Assembly: GCA_002498185.1 (NCBI GenBank)
Contig: DAGO01000089.1
Location: 12,118 to 70,939 of the forward strand
Direction of reading: 5' to 3'
Length of the DNA: 58,822 nucleotides
From: Euryarchaeota archaeon UBA10
GTDB taxonomy: Archaea; Thermoplasmatota; Poseidoniia; Poseidoniales; Poseidoniaceae
Below are positions 46,393-56,091 of this stretch, piece after piece. The notes below the pieces were generated by a model. It saw nothing but the letters and a program-made list of their open reading frames with translations. It was not told the DNA's origin and searched no databases. Each line of letters begins with the position of its first letter. Within the stretch, counting starts at the first letter, position 1. The translations under genes and the position numbers were made by a program.

Positions 46393-47817
46393 TCATTCTT
46401 CACTAGAGTCAGCTTTCAATGATTGATTGAATTGGTAATGCTTTTTCCCGTAGATGTAGTATGAAGACAGTCCGATGATGATTGCGCCTAATGCGCCAAT
46501 TATCGCTTTCTCACCCATAATGAATACCAAGTAACCACCTGTCAGAGTACCGATAATCTGAACCCATGGGAATAATGGAGATTTGAATGAAGGCTTGTAC
46601 CAATCATGTTTTGGGTTTTCACTTCTCAGGATTATCACGCTAACATTCAATGCCACGATGACCATAATTTGGAATCCAGATGCTAGTTTAGCAACATCCT
46701 TCACTGGGAGCGTCAAAATACTGATTGCCATTGCCGCAGCAGTCAGAATAATCGCCCAGTGAGGAGTTTCGAATTTCTTATTTGTATCACACATTGTATC
46801 AGGTAGTAAACTATCTTTTGCCATTCCAAATAGGAACCTAGATGCTGCTAGAAGACCAGACAATGCTCCCGAAATCATTGTCAACACTGCTAACAGTGCT
46901 AGAGCTAATCCAATGTTAGTAGATGCAACAGCATCAACGAAAGCGAAGATTGGGTCTTCTCTAGGTGAGCCATCTGAGTTCAGCCACCATTCTCCATCGA
47001 CCGCTGCCATCATAATGAAAGTAACAACAACGTACAGCAGAGTGATTAGTAGTAGGGATATTAGCATACCTTTTGGAAGATTCTTTTCCGGTTCTTTGAC
47101 CTCTCCCCCAATCGCTCCTGCCTTGTAAATTCCTGCATAAGCAACGAAAACGAGTGCAGCTGCTTCGGCTACCAAAATTGGATCGCTTCTTGAAGTGTCT
47201 ATTGCGCCATCCATTGGACGTGAGAAATCGAAGCTAGCATCAAACAACTGAATTACACAGATTATCAGTATTAGAGCGGTAGTTAGTGCTAGGATTGGAG
47301 TTTGGAATGCTTTTACTTTCTTGATTCCAAAAATATTGAGAATAGTAATCAAGACCAAGGCGACCATAATTGTAAAAGTAGTATTTGTTGAGACATTGAG
47401 ATGGTTTGTTACAGCATACATGTAGGCTGAAAATCCGATAAGTGCAAATGCAGACTTCAACAAGAAAGATGCCCATAGTCCTAATCCACTAATCGTACCA
47501 ACCAATGGGCCAAAGGAGCGCTCCACATACACATATGCGCCACCATTATCTGGCATTGCAGATGCTAATTCAGACTTAGAAAGAGTTCCGGGAAGGAAGA
47601 CAATTCCTGCAATCAAGAATGCCAACCAAATACCAGGTCCCATAACCGCAGCAGCAAATGATGGTAGAACGAAAAGTCCTGAACCAATGCTCGCTGCAAC
47701 TGTTACGATGATAACGCCGATCAAACTGAGTGAACGCTCAATTTGGTATTTGACATCTGATACAACTCCAGAGATATCACCTTTCAGTAACTTACCAGTA
47801 GTTGATTTAATGTCCAT
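46393..47817 (-). CDS. APC-superfamily amino acid permease
   Basis: 474 aa with ~12 TM helices. The N-terminal IGSGLFVLPSFAAAVMGPGIWLAFLIAG is typical of APC permeases. Confidence 0.8.
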   Translation of the reverse strand: MDIKSTTGKLLKGDISGVVSDVKYQIERSLSLIGVIIVTVAASIGSGLFVLPSFAAAVMGPGIWLAFLIAGIVFLPGTLSKSELASAMPDNGGAYVYVERSFGPLVGTISGLGLWASFLLKSAFALIGFSAYMYAVTNHLNVSTNTTFTIMVALVLITILNIFGIKKVKAFQTPILALTTALILIICVIQLFDASFDFSRPMDGAIDTSRSDPILVAEAAALVFVAYAGIYKAGAIGGEVKEPEKNLPKGMLISLLLITLLYVVVTFIMMAAVDGEWWLNSDGSPREDPIFAFVDAVASTNIGLALALLAVLTMISGALSGLLAASRFLFGMAKDSLLPDTMCDTNKKFETPHWAIILTAAAMAISILTLPVKDVAKLASGFQIMVIVALNVSVIILRSENPKHDWYKPSFKSPLFPWVQIIGTLTGGYLVFIMGEKAIIGALGAIIIGLSSYYIYGKKHYQFNQSLKADSSEE

Positions 47818-47830
47818 AGAAAATCCTCCG

Positions 47831-47937
47831 AAAATTTCCGTTTTACGACAGATAACTCACTGTTATCTCCGGCCAAGCGACAATAGTAGTTATTGTTTAT
47901 CACCTATTTCCGAAGGACATCCCCGAAAAACGGAAAT
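47831..47937. repeat. nested inverted repeats filling the amnA-ridA / permease intergenic region
   Basis: ATTTCCGTTTT (47834-47844) pairs with AAAACGGAAAT (47927-47937) as an 11-nt perfect inverted repeat. Internal palindromes are GATAAC-TCACT-GTTATC (47851-47867) and CAATA-GTAGT-TATTG (47881-47895). Confidence 0.3.
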
Positions 47938-49325
47938 CATGCTTTAGCGATGACTTTCATTTCCACAGCAATCGGTGTAGGCAAGGCCCTAATCGCAAGT
48001 GTTGTACGTGTGGGACCTACTTTACCGAGTGTTTCAGCCCAAACTTCATTGTAACCTGAAAAATCACGGTCCATATCAACCAAGAACGATGTTACATCGA
48101 TCACTTTGTCCAACGACGAACCTGCTTCTTCGAGTATTCTTGCTATGTTGTCTACCACTGCTCTAGTTTGAGCTTTAATATCATAATTCAAAGGGTTACC
48201 ATTTGAATCTTTGATAGGTCCACCCGGTATCGAATTGTCTCCTGGTTGCCGTGGACCGACTCCGGATAGGTAAATCAAGTCGCCTTCTCTTCTAGCGTGT
48301 GGATAAGCACCGACAGGTTTGGGTGCTTTGCTGGTATTCACTGCGTTTGCACCTTCAACAGGGTCATACAATGCAGGTCCAGAATTGATTGGTTGTTTGG
48401 GTTCTGCATCTTTATCGGAATCGAGAACATTTCTGTCCCCGCCATAGAAATCGACATCGTCCTCATCGTACTCCTTGTCTCCTGTACCATTTGATTCAGG
48501 GTTTAGAACGACAACTGCTGCACCTGCACCATGTATCGGTTCGTATGCTAGTACCTCTCCAGTCAGGTCATTGCGATTATCATTCATTGCAGAGAGCCAC
48601 CACATAGGCTTGAATGCAACCACTTTCTTGACTCGAATCTGGTCGTGAATAGTACGGCTCAATTGTCCGACGTCTTCTAAGCGACCCTCTGAAAGGAACT
48701 CCAAAATCTTACGATTCCATTCGTCATCTTTCAGTGAGTGAATCCTATCTTCATGTGGCTCTATTGGTTCGGTGAACATTCTGTTTGATAGTGACATTAC
48801 GGAAACCGCTACTGCTTTTTTCCCTTGAGCCTTTACAACATCCATACATGCTTTTGCTAAGACAGTTGTCTCAGCTCTGTTAGAGTATACATTGGTAGAA
48901 CAGATTACCGCTGGTATTCTGTTGTCGGGATTTAGTAATTCCAAGGCAACGACCGAACCTACATCGACAGGGAAACCATGGTAAGAAACAGTTCTAGATT
49001 CAAGACCTCTGTTGATGTTTGCTTGGTTCCAAGCCTCCGCAAATTCTGTATCGATTCTCAGTGAATAGTGAATACTTCCTAAATCATGGAAATCAGCATC
49101 GACCATCACCCATTCAGGATTTGGGTCCGCCTGTATTTGATGCCCAATTACACTAGGCCATAGAGTAGAATAGACGATAATCAAATCAGCATCGCTCTCT
49201 TCAATTTGCCTACGTGCATCATCATAAGCATCACGAACACGTTGCCAGCCTTCATTCTTTTCAGGACATAGTACTGGATGTGGATGTGCTGGCACAATCA
49301 GTGATTTGACAATTTCACCACTCAT
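47937..49325 (-). CDS. fusion: AmnA-like (non-catalytic LigB-type extradiol dioxygenase subunit) + RidA/YjgF-family domain
   Basis: Residues 1-276 are LigB-like (IVPAHPHPV, LIIVYSTLWPS, YHGFPVDVG, EPIEPHEDRI..KDDEWNRKILEF, HGAGAAVVVL). Residues 277-328 are an acidic linker. Residues 329-462 are RidA-like (PKPVGAYPHARREGDLIYLSGVG...IDVTSFLVDMDRDFSGYNEVW...PTRTTLAIRALP..IAVEMKVIA). The start abuts the upstream stop (TGAATG). Confidence 0.65.
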   Translation of the reverse strand: MSGEIVKSLIVPAHPHPVLCPEKNEGWQRVRDAYDDARRQIEESDADLIIVYSTLWPSVIGHQIQADPNPEWVMVDADFHDLGSIHYSLRIDTEFAEAWNQANINRGLESRTVSYHGFPVDVGSVVALELLNPDNRIPAVICSTNVYSNRAETTVLAKACMDVVKAQGKKAVAVSVMSLSNRMFTEPIEPHEDRIHSLKDDEWNRKILEFLSEGRLEDVGQLSRTIHDQIRVKKVVAFKPMWWLSAMNDNRNDLTGEVLAYEPIHGAGAAVVVLNPESNGTGDKEYDEDDVDFYGGDRNVLDSDKDAEPKQPINSGPALYDPVEGANAVNTSKAPKPVGAYPHARREGDLIYLSGVGPRQPGDNSIPGGPIKDSNGNPLNYDIKAQTRAVVDNIARILEEAGSSLDKVIDVTSFLVDMDRDFSGYNEVWAETLGKVGPTRTTLAIRALPTPIAVEMKVIAKA

Positions 49326-50219
49326 TCAAGCACCCCAGTTTCGACATGGCCATTCCATGATTGCATTTCCTGTTCCAATAATCGTACCGTAGCCGTGCAG
49401 GATAGCAGGCTCACTTGGGACTCCCATTGCTGACAATAACCAAGTCAGTGCACCTCCGTCAGTTTCAGCAATTGCTTGCTCACAGAATTCAGGCATTTCA
49501 TTGATTATTTGCTGAGACTTTCCTTCGCGCATCATCTCGATCATGCGCATGTCCCACAAATGCATTGCATGGCTAGTGATGTGCTCTTTGCTCATGTCTT
49601 CAGGTGGATTAGTTTCTGTTACGAAGTGGCGATGTGAGAGAGAATTACTCGCAATCAGCAGACACTTCTTTCCGCTTTCTTCAATCGCTTTAGCAGTGGA
49701 CTTACCAAGTTCAATCATCATTTCTTGCATGACTTCCACAGAGTAGTATGACAAACTACGGTTTGATGAAATTGAAACAATTGGCTTATCCCACTCAGGC
49801 CTTACCATATGACAAGAAACAATTGTGCCATAATCGACTCTAAAATCAGGGTTAGTCATCATCTTGACAGACATTCCTTCTGATTTTGCTTGGTCGTGAA
49901 TAGCCTTAGCTAATTCAACATCTATTGTTAAATCATAATTGAAACGAAACAGGTTAGGGAATACTGGGTCAACACTTTTGGAAGAGCATTTCTCCACACC
50001 AATGAAATGGGTACCAACATAGGTTTGCCAGTGCGGCGACAATATTACGATAACATCGTAATCAACATCCTTCAATGATTCACGCAGCCGTTCATAGCCC
50101 CATCTGAGTTGCTCCCAGCCACCTTCGGAGACTGGCTCATTTTGCTCTGGGTTCTCTGCATAAACCAAATGCGGTGGATGCGGTGCAAGGCAACCTGCAA
50201 CAATTCCTCCCTTCGCCAT
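49326..50219 (-). CDS. AmnB-like catalytic subunit of a class III (LigB-type) extradiol dioxygenase
   Basis: GCLAPHPPHLV, VIVILSPHWQ and SNSLSHRH. It is paralogous to the N-terminal part of the downstream gene but keeps the His in the SPHW block, where the partner has STLW. Confidence 0.7.
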   Translation of the reverse strand: MAKGGIVAGCLAPHPPHLVYAENPEQNEPVSEGGWEQLRWGYERLRESLKDVDYDVIVILSPHWQTYVGTHFIGVEKCSSKSVDPVFPNLFRFNYDLTIDVELAKAIHDQAKSEGMSVKMMTNPDFRVDYGTIVSCHMVRPEWDKPIVSISSNRSLSYYSVEVMQEMMIELGKSTAKAIEESGKKCLLIASNSLSHRHFVTETNPPEDMSKEHITSHAMHLWDMRMIEMMREGKSQQIINEMPEFCEQAIAETDGGALTWLLSAMGVPSEPAILHGYGTIIGTGNAIMEWPCRNWGA

Positions 50220-50274
50220 AACGCGACCACAAGGTTCCGCATCTTCTATTCATCGGCGACTCTTGGGCCGCAAC

Positions 50275-50682
50275 ATGGGAGATAAGCCCGACATGAAGTT
50301 GCGCCACGTAGTTTGGCCTTCTCTATTCGCTATTGGCCTTGTTTTTGTCAGTGTAATAGCATTGGATGAAAACAAATTTCCACCTATGATTATCGCATTA
50401 ATTGCTGCAGTCCTTACCGCACCACTCCTTGCCAAAATAACCAATGCAGGAGACATGAAGGAACACGCATTTGGAGTAGCAGTAGTATGTGTTCCAATGT
50501 CAGTGGCGTGGATTATCGGTCCGAATTACTTCAACATCGCAATCCCATTTTTGATTTGGATTTGGCAGTGTGCTTCTTGGTCAAAAAAGAATCATCCACC
50601 GTTTAGATATGGTATCTGGCATGGATTCGGGATTGCATCCTGTATCCTACCAGGTGCTATGTTAGTTGCAAACCTGGTCTAG
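50275..50682 (+). CDS. hypothetical four-TM membrane protein
   Basis: Small hydrophobic ORF on the opposite strand. It interrupts the minus-strand array, and its 3' end overlaps the panB 3' end by 4 nt. The start is uncertain (TTG 50263, ATG 50275 or ATG 50293). Confidence 0.4.
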   Translation: MGDKPDMKLRHVVWPSLFAIGLVFVSVIALDENKFPPMIIALIAAVLTAPLLAKITNAGDMKEHAFGVAVVCVPMSVAWIIGPNYFNIAIPFLIWIWQCASWSKKNHPPFRYGIWHGFGIASCILPGAMLVANLV

Positions 50683-51494
50683 TAAGATTCCTCTTCATTA
50701 GGGAAATCTCCGCCGCGAACATCTTCACAATATTGCTCTACTGCGCCAGTAATTTGGCTTTCTAAGTCGAGATATCTTCTTAGGAATCTCGGACTGAAAT
50801 CGGTTGTTATTCCCAACATGTCATGTAAAACCAAGACTTGACCATCACAATCCTGTCCTGCACCAATACCAATCGTAGGGATCGATAGAGCATCACTCAC
50901 TTGCTTGGCAAGATGAGCAGGTATCTTTTCTAGGACTATCGCGAAACAACCAGCTTCTTCCAACAGTTTGGCATCAGCAATCAACTTCGCAGCCTCTTCC
51001 TCTTCCTTTGCACGAACTGTGTATGTACCGAATTTGTAAATCGATTGAGGAGTCAGTCCCAAGTGACCCATTACTGGGATTCCTGCTGTCAATATCCTCT
51101 GAATACTTTCAACAATTTCAGCGCCACCTTCCAACTTGACTGCATGGCCGCCGGATTCTTTCATGATGCGGATTGCACTCTCTAATGCAATCGCAGAGTT
51201 TCCTTGGTAAGTTCCAAACGGCATATCTACGACGATTAGTGCCCTATCTACCGCTCTCTCGACACACTGCGCATGGTAAATCATGTGCTCAAGACTCATT
51301 GGTACAGTTGTGTCCCTTCCAGCCATGACATTAGATGCCGAGTCTCCAACCAAAATTACGTCAACTCCACCTCTGTCTACCAACTTGGCTAGACTGAAAT
51401 CATATGCTGTCAGCATAGTGATTTTCTCACCTGCCCTCTTCATTTCCTGAAGAGTGTGAGTTGTCACTTTGCGAGCGTTTGCATGCACTGACAT
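50679..51494 (-). CDS. panB: 3-methyl-2-oxobutanoate hydroxymethyltransferase
   Basis: [62 protein letters not shown] and IVLEKIP are canonical PanB blocks. Confidence 0.9.
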   Translation of the reverse strand: MSVHANARKVTTHTLQEMKRAGEKITMLTAYDFSLAKLVDRGGVDVILVGDSASNVMAGRDTTVPMSLEHMIYHAQCVERAVDRALIVVDMPFGTYQGNSAIALESAIRIMKESGGHAVKLEGGAEIVESIQRILTAGIPVMGHLGLTPQSIYKFGTYTVRAKEEEEAAKLIADAKLLEEAGCFAIVLEKIPAHLAKQVSDALSIPTIGIGAGQDCDGQVLVLHDMLGITTDFSPRFLRRYLDLESQITGAVEQYCEDVRGGDFPNEEESY

Positions 51495-51531
51495 GAGTTT
51501 GCCTCCGACACTGCGACAGGTATCTCTGCCT

Positions 51532-52911
51532 TCAATCTTCCATCACGCAGATATTGACCGCTTCTGAGAAAAATCCGAGCGACCACATTCCACCTTCTCG
51601 GCCAACTCCGCTGTCTTTTACGCCTCCAAACGGAACTCGTAAATCTCTGTGCAGCCATGTATTGACCCAAACCATTCCAGAATCGATTTGCTCTGCAACT
51701 TTTCGCCCTCTTCCCTTTGACCAAACGCTACCTGCTAGGCCATATTGAGTGCAGTTTGCGATCTTGATTGCTTCTTCATCTGATTCAAATTTATGAACTG
51801 TAACTACCGGGCCAAATATCTCTTCGGTAGCAGTTCTAGAGTCATGTGAAAGTCCGGAGATAACAGTAGGTTCTATCCAAGCGCCCTGCTTGTTTGGAAC
51901 ACTACCACCGCTCAAGATGGTTCCACCTTCTTGTTTAGCTAATTCGATGTATGAAAGGACCTTTGCGCGATGTTCATCACTAATCACTGGCCCGATTTCA
52001 AAACTCTTCAACTCTTCTAGGTATCTCTCCATGAATTCGTCATAGATTGATGAATGAACCAAAACTCGTGAACCGCACAAACAGATTTGACCAGAATTGA
52101 GGAAAGATGCCCGTAAAACTCCGGGGACTGCGATATCTAAATCCGCGTCATCCAATACCAATGAAGCGTTCTTGCCTCCCAGCTCAAGACTCAATTTCTT
52201 GAACATAGGAGCCGCTGTTGCTGCTACAATCTTGCCCGTCGAGGTCCCGCCTGTGAAAGAAATCGCCCTAATTTCGGGGTGCTCTACAATCGCTTGACCA
52301 ACTTCTGGCCCATATCCATGAACAATGTTCAAAACCCCTTCAGGAAGACCAATTTGTGCGCATATTTTCGCTAAGAAATGGGCGGTCAAAGGTGTGATTT
52401 CACTTGGCTTAGCAATAATGGCATTACCCATCAACAGTGCTGGAGCAATTTTCCAAGATAGTAGATACAGTGGAAGATTCCAAGGGGATATCAATCCCAC
52501 TACGCCAATTGGTTTTCTCACAACGTAATTGGTTGCATCAGGCATCTGGAAAGTTTGTGATTCCATCCTGCGTCCAAAATCAGCAAAGAATCTGAAGTTG
52601 TTAACCGATCTATTTGCATCTACGTTCAGAGCTACATGATGCGGTTTACCTGTGTCCAGCGATTCTAATCGAGCAATTTCCTCGATTTGGCTCTCAAGTT
52701 CATTCGCAATTTTGTCTAGCCAATCACATCGCTGCTCAATGCTTAGCGCACCCCAATCTGGCTGTGCAGATTTAGCTGCCCCGACTGCGTCATCCACATT
52801 TTTAGTTCGAGGGACCTTTGCGATAATCGAGAAATCTAGAGGAGAAATATCATCGAAATCCTCACTGAGAGTTACGAATTTTCCTCCAATGTAATTCTCA
52901 ACTTGGATCAT
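51532..52911 (-). CDS. aldehyde dehydrogenase, 2-hydroxy/2-aminomuconic semialdehyde dehydrogenase-like clade
   Basis: [21 protein letters not shown] (the NFRFFA block I associate with the XylG/DmpC/AmnC/ALDH8A1 clade), [16 protein letters not shown] and the catalytic Cys in GQICLCGSR. The start ATG overlaps the upstream stop (ATGA at 52908-52911). Confidence 0.8.
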   Translation of the reverse strand: MIQVENYIGGKFVTLSEDFDDISPLDFSIIAKVPRTKNVDDAVGAAKSAQPDWGALSIEQRCDWLDKIANELESQIEEIARLESLDTGKPHHVALNVDANRSVNNFRFFADFGRRMESQTFQMPDATNYVVRKPIGVVGLISPWNLPLYLLSWKIAPALLMGNAIIAKPSEITPLTAHFLAKICAQIGLPEGVLNIVHGYGPEVGQAIVEHPEIRAISFTGGTSTGKIVAATAAPMFKKLSLELGGKNASLVLDDADLDIAVPGVLRASFLNSGQICLCGSRVLVHSSIYDEFMERYLEELKSFEIGPVISDEHRAKVLSYIELAKQEGGTILSGGSVPNKQGAWIEPTVISGLSHDSRTATEEIFGPVVTVHKFESDEEAIKIANCTQYGLAGSVWSKGRGRKVAEQIDSGMVWVNTWLHRDLRVPFGGVKDSGVGREGGMWSLGFFSEAVNICVMED

Positions 52912-54110
52912 GTATCCACCTCGTAATGCCATCGATCACGGTCAGGGTCCCACTCATCCCAAGTCGGGATTGTCTTCAACACATCATGCAATGAATCAGG
53001 CACTATACCTGGAACAATAAACGCCTTCTGACGCTCTAAAGGATACGGATTTCTCAGTTCAATACCTAGGCAGCCGAGTATTGCCCTGGCGACATACCAT
53101 GTTGCTTGTGAGTTCCAACCATGAGCAATTTTTACAACAATACCCAACCCATTCGGGTAATCAGGATGCTCAATCGCCATTCCTAGAAGGCCATCTGCAC
53201 CTTCTTTTGCTATGACTTTGCCCTTGCCGATTTTCAAAATTGTTGAATCTAATCTGTTGAAACCGCCAACTAAATCGGGATTTTTACACATTGCTTCCCA
53301 AATCCAATCTGAATCTTTATCCTGAACTAAGCCAGCATAAATCTTGGCTAGTTCAGCGACTGTATTGGAAACAGTAGGCAATCCACACCCGTCTTTGGCG
53401 ATTCTTTGAGGATTCCAATCTTTACCTAGGAATCTTCTCAGTTGCTCCATGTATGCCTCAAACACTTCGTGGGTAGGAAGTGTGTATCCTGCACGATTCC
53501 ATCCCTTAGCTCTACACCCTGCAAGTATTGCTGCGTGCTCTCCACTGCATGTGTGATACCAGCGTCTTGGCCTTCTGACTTGGCGGCCAAATTGAATCAG
53601 AGGAACGTCAACCGGAGTGAGCATCAGAGGCCACTCCGCTTCCGAAAGTAATGATTGAGCAGCAGCAACGTGTTCTGTATCTCCATTATGGCTGGCTACT
53701 GATATCGCTTTTTGCTCCCAAGAGCAATATTCCAACTCCTTAGTGAACGCTTTCAGCATGAATGGTTTCATCATCGACCTGCCATAACACAGAACATTTC
53801 CTCCGAACGAATGGATGACTTCATCTCCATGGCACCATGCAACAGCACCATGAATCGTGGTTTCAGAGACTCCATTTCTTCGATAATCAACCAATGGTTC
53901 CCACTCAACATCCCTGCCGGTTGGAATGCCTTCGATGTCTTCGCCAAGAGGAGAATCCGGGTAAATTGCTGAACCCGGCTTACCGGGGGCTACAGCAGAG
54001 TTCTTGTCATGTCTCAAGTCCAATTTCTCACCCCAGTAGTGGAACCACTTCACTCCACCAAGCTTCCATATTGCGCACGACTCTTGCACTGTCATGATTG
54101 AAGAAATCAA
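52908..54110 (-). CDS. asparaginase-II family (PF06089-like) protein
   Basis: HGAVAW..GDEVIHSFGG...GRSMMKPFM, SVASHNGDTEHV, HTCSGEHAAILAGC, KDGCGLPT and IAKEGADGL are collinear with the Rhizobium-type asparaginase II signature as remembered. The start is uncertain: ATG 54110 or 54095 overlaps the upstream gene by ~70-83 nt, and GTG 54053 by 26 nt. Confidence 0.55.
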   Translation of the reverse strand: MISSIMTVQESCAIWKLGGVKWFHYWGEKLDLRHDKNSAVAPGKPGSAIYPDSPLGEDIEGIPTGRDVEWEPLVDYRRNGVSETTIHGAVAWCHGDEVIHSFGGNVLCYGRSMMKPFMLKAFTKELEYCSWEQKAISVASHNGDTEHVAAAQSLLSEAEWPLMLTPVDVPLIQFGRQVRRPRRWYHTCSGEHAAILAGCRAKGWNRAGYTLPTHEVFEAYMEQLRRFLGKDWNPQRIAKDGCGLPTVSNTVAELAKIYAGLVQDKDSDWIWEAMCKNPDLVGGFNRLDSTILKIGKGKVIAKEGADGLLGMAIEHPDYPNGLGIVVKIAHGWNSQATWYVARAILGCLGIELRNPYPLERQKAFIVPGIVPDSLHDVLKTIPTWDEWDPDRDRWHYEVDT

Positions 54111-55239
54111 ACCAACACATTAGACGGTCCTCAGGATGGAACCTTTCCAATACCTGCTTTGCTACTTCCTCAGGATTGCCAATGAGTGCATTGTCTGCAG
54201 CTCTTTCAACCTTTGAAGGGTCCAGAGTTCCCTCAAGTGCTTTCCAATATTCACCCAAAGCAAGACGGGCTTCATCATGAGCCGCCAAAGATTGTTCTTC
54301 AGGAGAGAGGCCTTCCTCTGCATTTAGGAAAACGAATGTTGTTCGAGGCATATCTCTTCTTTGCCATTCCCCGCCATCCTTGTGGAATACTTTGCTCATC
54401 CTTTCATGTGTTGAATCAATGACTTCAGGAGAGGTTATTGAGAGGTTGAAAACCTTCACTGGCATGAACTTGTTAACGTACTCTTGTGCTCTTGGGTCAT
54501 GGGTTCCTGCAACTAATTCCAGTTGGTTCCGAGGCCAGTTTTTCGGTACGATTGAGATTTCCTCAAACTGATATCTCCTGCCAATTTCTATCTCATCAGG
54601 CTGGCCACCTGCAGCATTTTGAACAGCGTTCCAATCTTCATCGGAACGGAAATTCTCTCTTGACAAAACTGTTGAACGGATCTCATCGGAACTAATGGTG
54701 TCTCCTCGCAATAGTCGAAGGAATATTTCGCTTGCTTCCATGAATATTTGTCCACGCAGTGCTGGCCAAGCAGCTTCTTCAACGGCGTTTCTAGGAATTA
54801 TTCCGTAAGGGCGAGCCATGAACTCAAATCTTCCGGCACTGAATCCAACGTGTAACTTACGATTGGAATCCATGTAAGATAGGAATTGAACAGTGTTAGC
54901 CATTCTTTCCGCTTGAGCAATAGGGCCCCCGCTTGCTAGAATACTAACTACAGCCGAACCTACATCGATTCTCTCTGTTCTCCTAAACGATTCCATAGCT
55001 AACTGGGGAAAATCTGTGCAAAGGCCAACTTCTCCTTTCCAGTGAGGTACCACTGGTCTTGAGTTACTTTGCTGAGTTTGTGTAGATAAATGGGCTTGTG
55101 CAATCCAAGCCACACCGAATCCTAAACGGTCTGCTGCTTCCAATTGCTCGTAGTAATTTGCGAACATTTCTGCTTCGCTGGGAGTGAATCCATTATGGTC
55201 TGGAGTTTGTGATATCGAGAAGAATATGTCGAACTCCAT
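54028..55239 (-). CDS. LLM-class (luciferase-like) flavin- or F420-dependent oxidoreductase
   Basis: MEFDIFFSISQTPD...EMFANYYEQLEAADRLGFGVAWIAQAHLS is a typical luciferase-like monooxygenase N-terminus. The length (403 aa) is consistent with the family. Confidence 0.7.
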   Translation of the reverse strand: MEFDIFFSISQTPDHNGFTPSEAEMFANYYEQLEAADRLGFGVAWIAQAHLSTQTQQSNSRPVVPHWKGEVGLCTDFPQLAMESFRRTERIDVGSAVVSILASGGPIAQAERMANTVQFLSYMDSNRKLHVGFSAGRFEFMARPYGIIPRNAVEEAAWPALRGQIFMEASEIFLRLLRGDTISSDEIRSTVLSRENFRSDEDWNAVQNAAGGQPDEIEIGRRYQFEEISIVPKNWPRNQLELVAGTHDPRAQEYVNKFMPVKVFNLSITSPEVIDSTHERMSKVFHKDGGEWQRRDMPRTTFVFLNAEEGLSPEEQSLAAHDEARLALGEYWKALEGTLDPSKVERAADNALIGNPEEVAKQVLERFHPEDRLMCWFDFFNHDSARVVRNMEAWWSEVVPLLG

Positions 55240-55281
55240 ACAATCCCTCTCCCTAAGGGAGAGGGCCTCGATGTATCAACA

Positions 55282-56085
55282 TCACTGTTGTGCGGTTAGT
55301 TTTGAAATGCGTTCACGCACAGGCTCAGGTACAATAGCACCTGCTTCCATGAATACCGTCATAATATCAGATAGCTGAACCATTGCTTCATCCGGTTGAT
55401 TTGAAATTTCAGCAAGGTCTGCAAGACCCCATCTTGCGACCAAAATCCCGGATAACTCTTGCAATTCAGTAGCAATTTCCAATGACTCAATCAACAATGC
55501 TTGCGCTTGTTCTAACTCGCCCAGAGAAGAATGTGAATGTGCCAAATCTGCCAGCGCCTCCATCCTTTCGAACTTCTCGGTTTCCGGGATGATGTCTAAC
55601 CTTTTTTGGAGATGGAGTTGACTTTTCTCAAAGTCTTCTTCAGATTTAGCAATATGTGCTAGTAATGCATGTCCGTAGATCATACCTTCCAAGTCATCGG
55701 CCTGTTCTCTCAATCTCATTGAGCGGTTAGCAAACAATCCTGCTTCATCACTACCAAGAGACATCAATGAAACGTGATGGAAGATACCTGCTGCGAGACC
55801 TGGAAGGCCGTCTTTTTCTGATTGAACTCCCAAGCCAATCAACTCATCTCTGCTAGCACCTTGATGTTTCAGCAACTCGAATTGGCACCAACCTTGGTCT
55901 TCAGGATTTTCAGAAACTTTCGCAGCATGGTCCAGTAGTCTGCCAACTAATGCATCTCTGCCTAACTCCCTAGCAAGGTCTACCAAATGTAATGCCAAAC
56001 TGGTGTTGATGGAATCAATCAGTTTACCGTCGGCAAACATATCCATTAGTTCCTCTGCCTGAGCCTGAGTCATTTCGGTCATCAT
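55282..56085 (-). CDS. helical-repeat (TPR-like) protein
   Basis: 267-aa acidic, all-helical-looking ORF with repeated A..L..LA....G....A pairs. No catalytic signature. Confidence 0.4.
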   Translation of the reverse strand: MMTEMTQAQAEELMDMFADGKLIDSINTSLALHLVDLARELGRDALVGRLLDHAAKVSENPEDQGWCQFELLKHQGASRDELIGLGVQSEKDGLPGLAAGIFHHVSLMSLGSDEAGLFANRSMRLREQADDLEGMIYGHALLAHIAKSEEDFEKSQLHLQKRLDIIPETEKFERMEALADLAHSHSSLGELEQAQALLIESLEIATELQELSGILVARWGLADLAEISNQPDEAMVQLSDIMTVFMEAGAIVPEPVRERISKLTAQQ

Positions 56086-56091
56086 AACACC

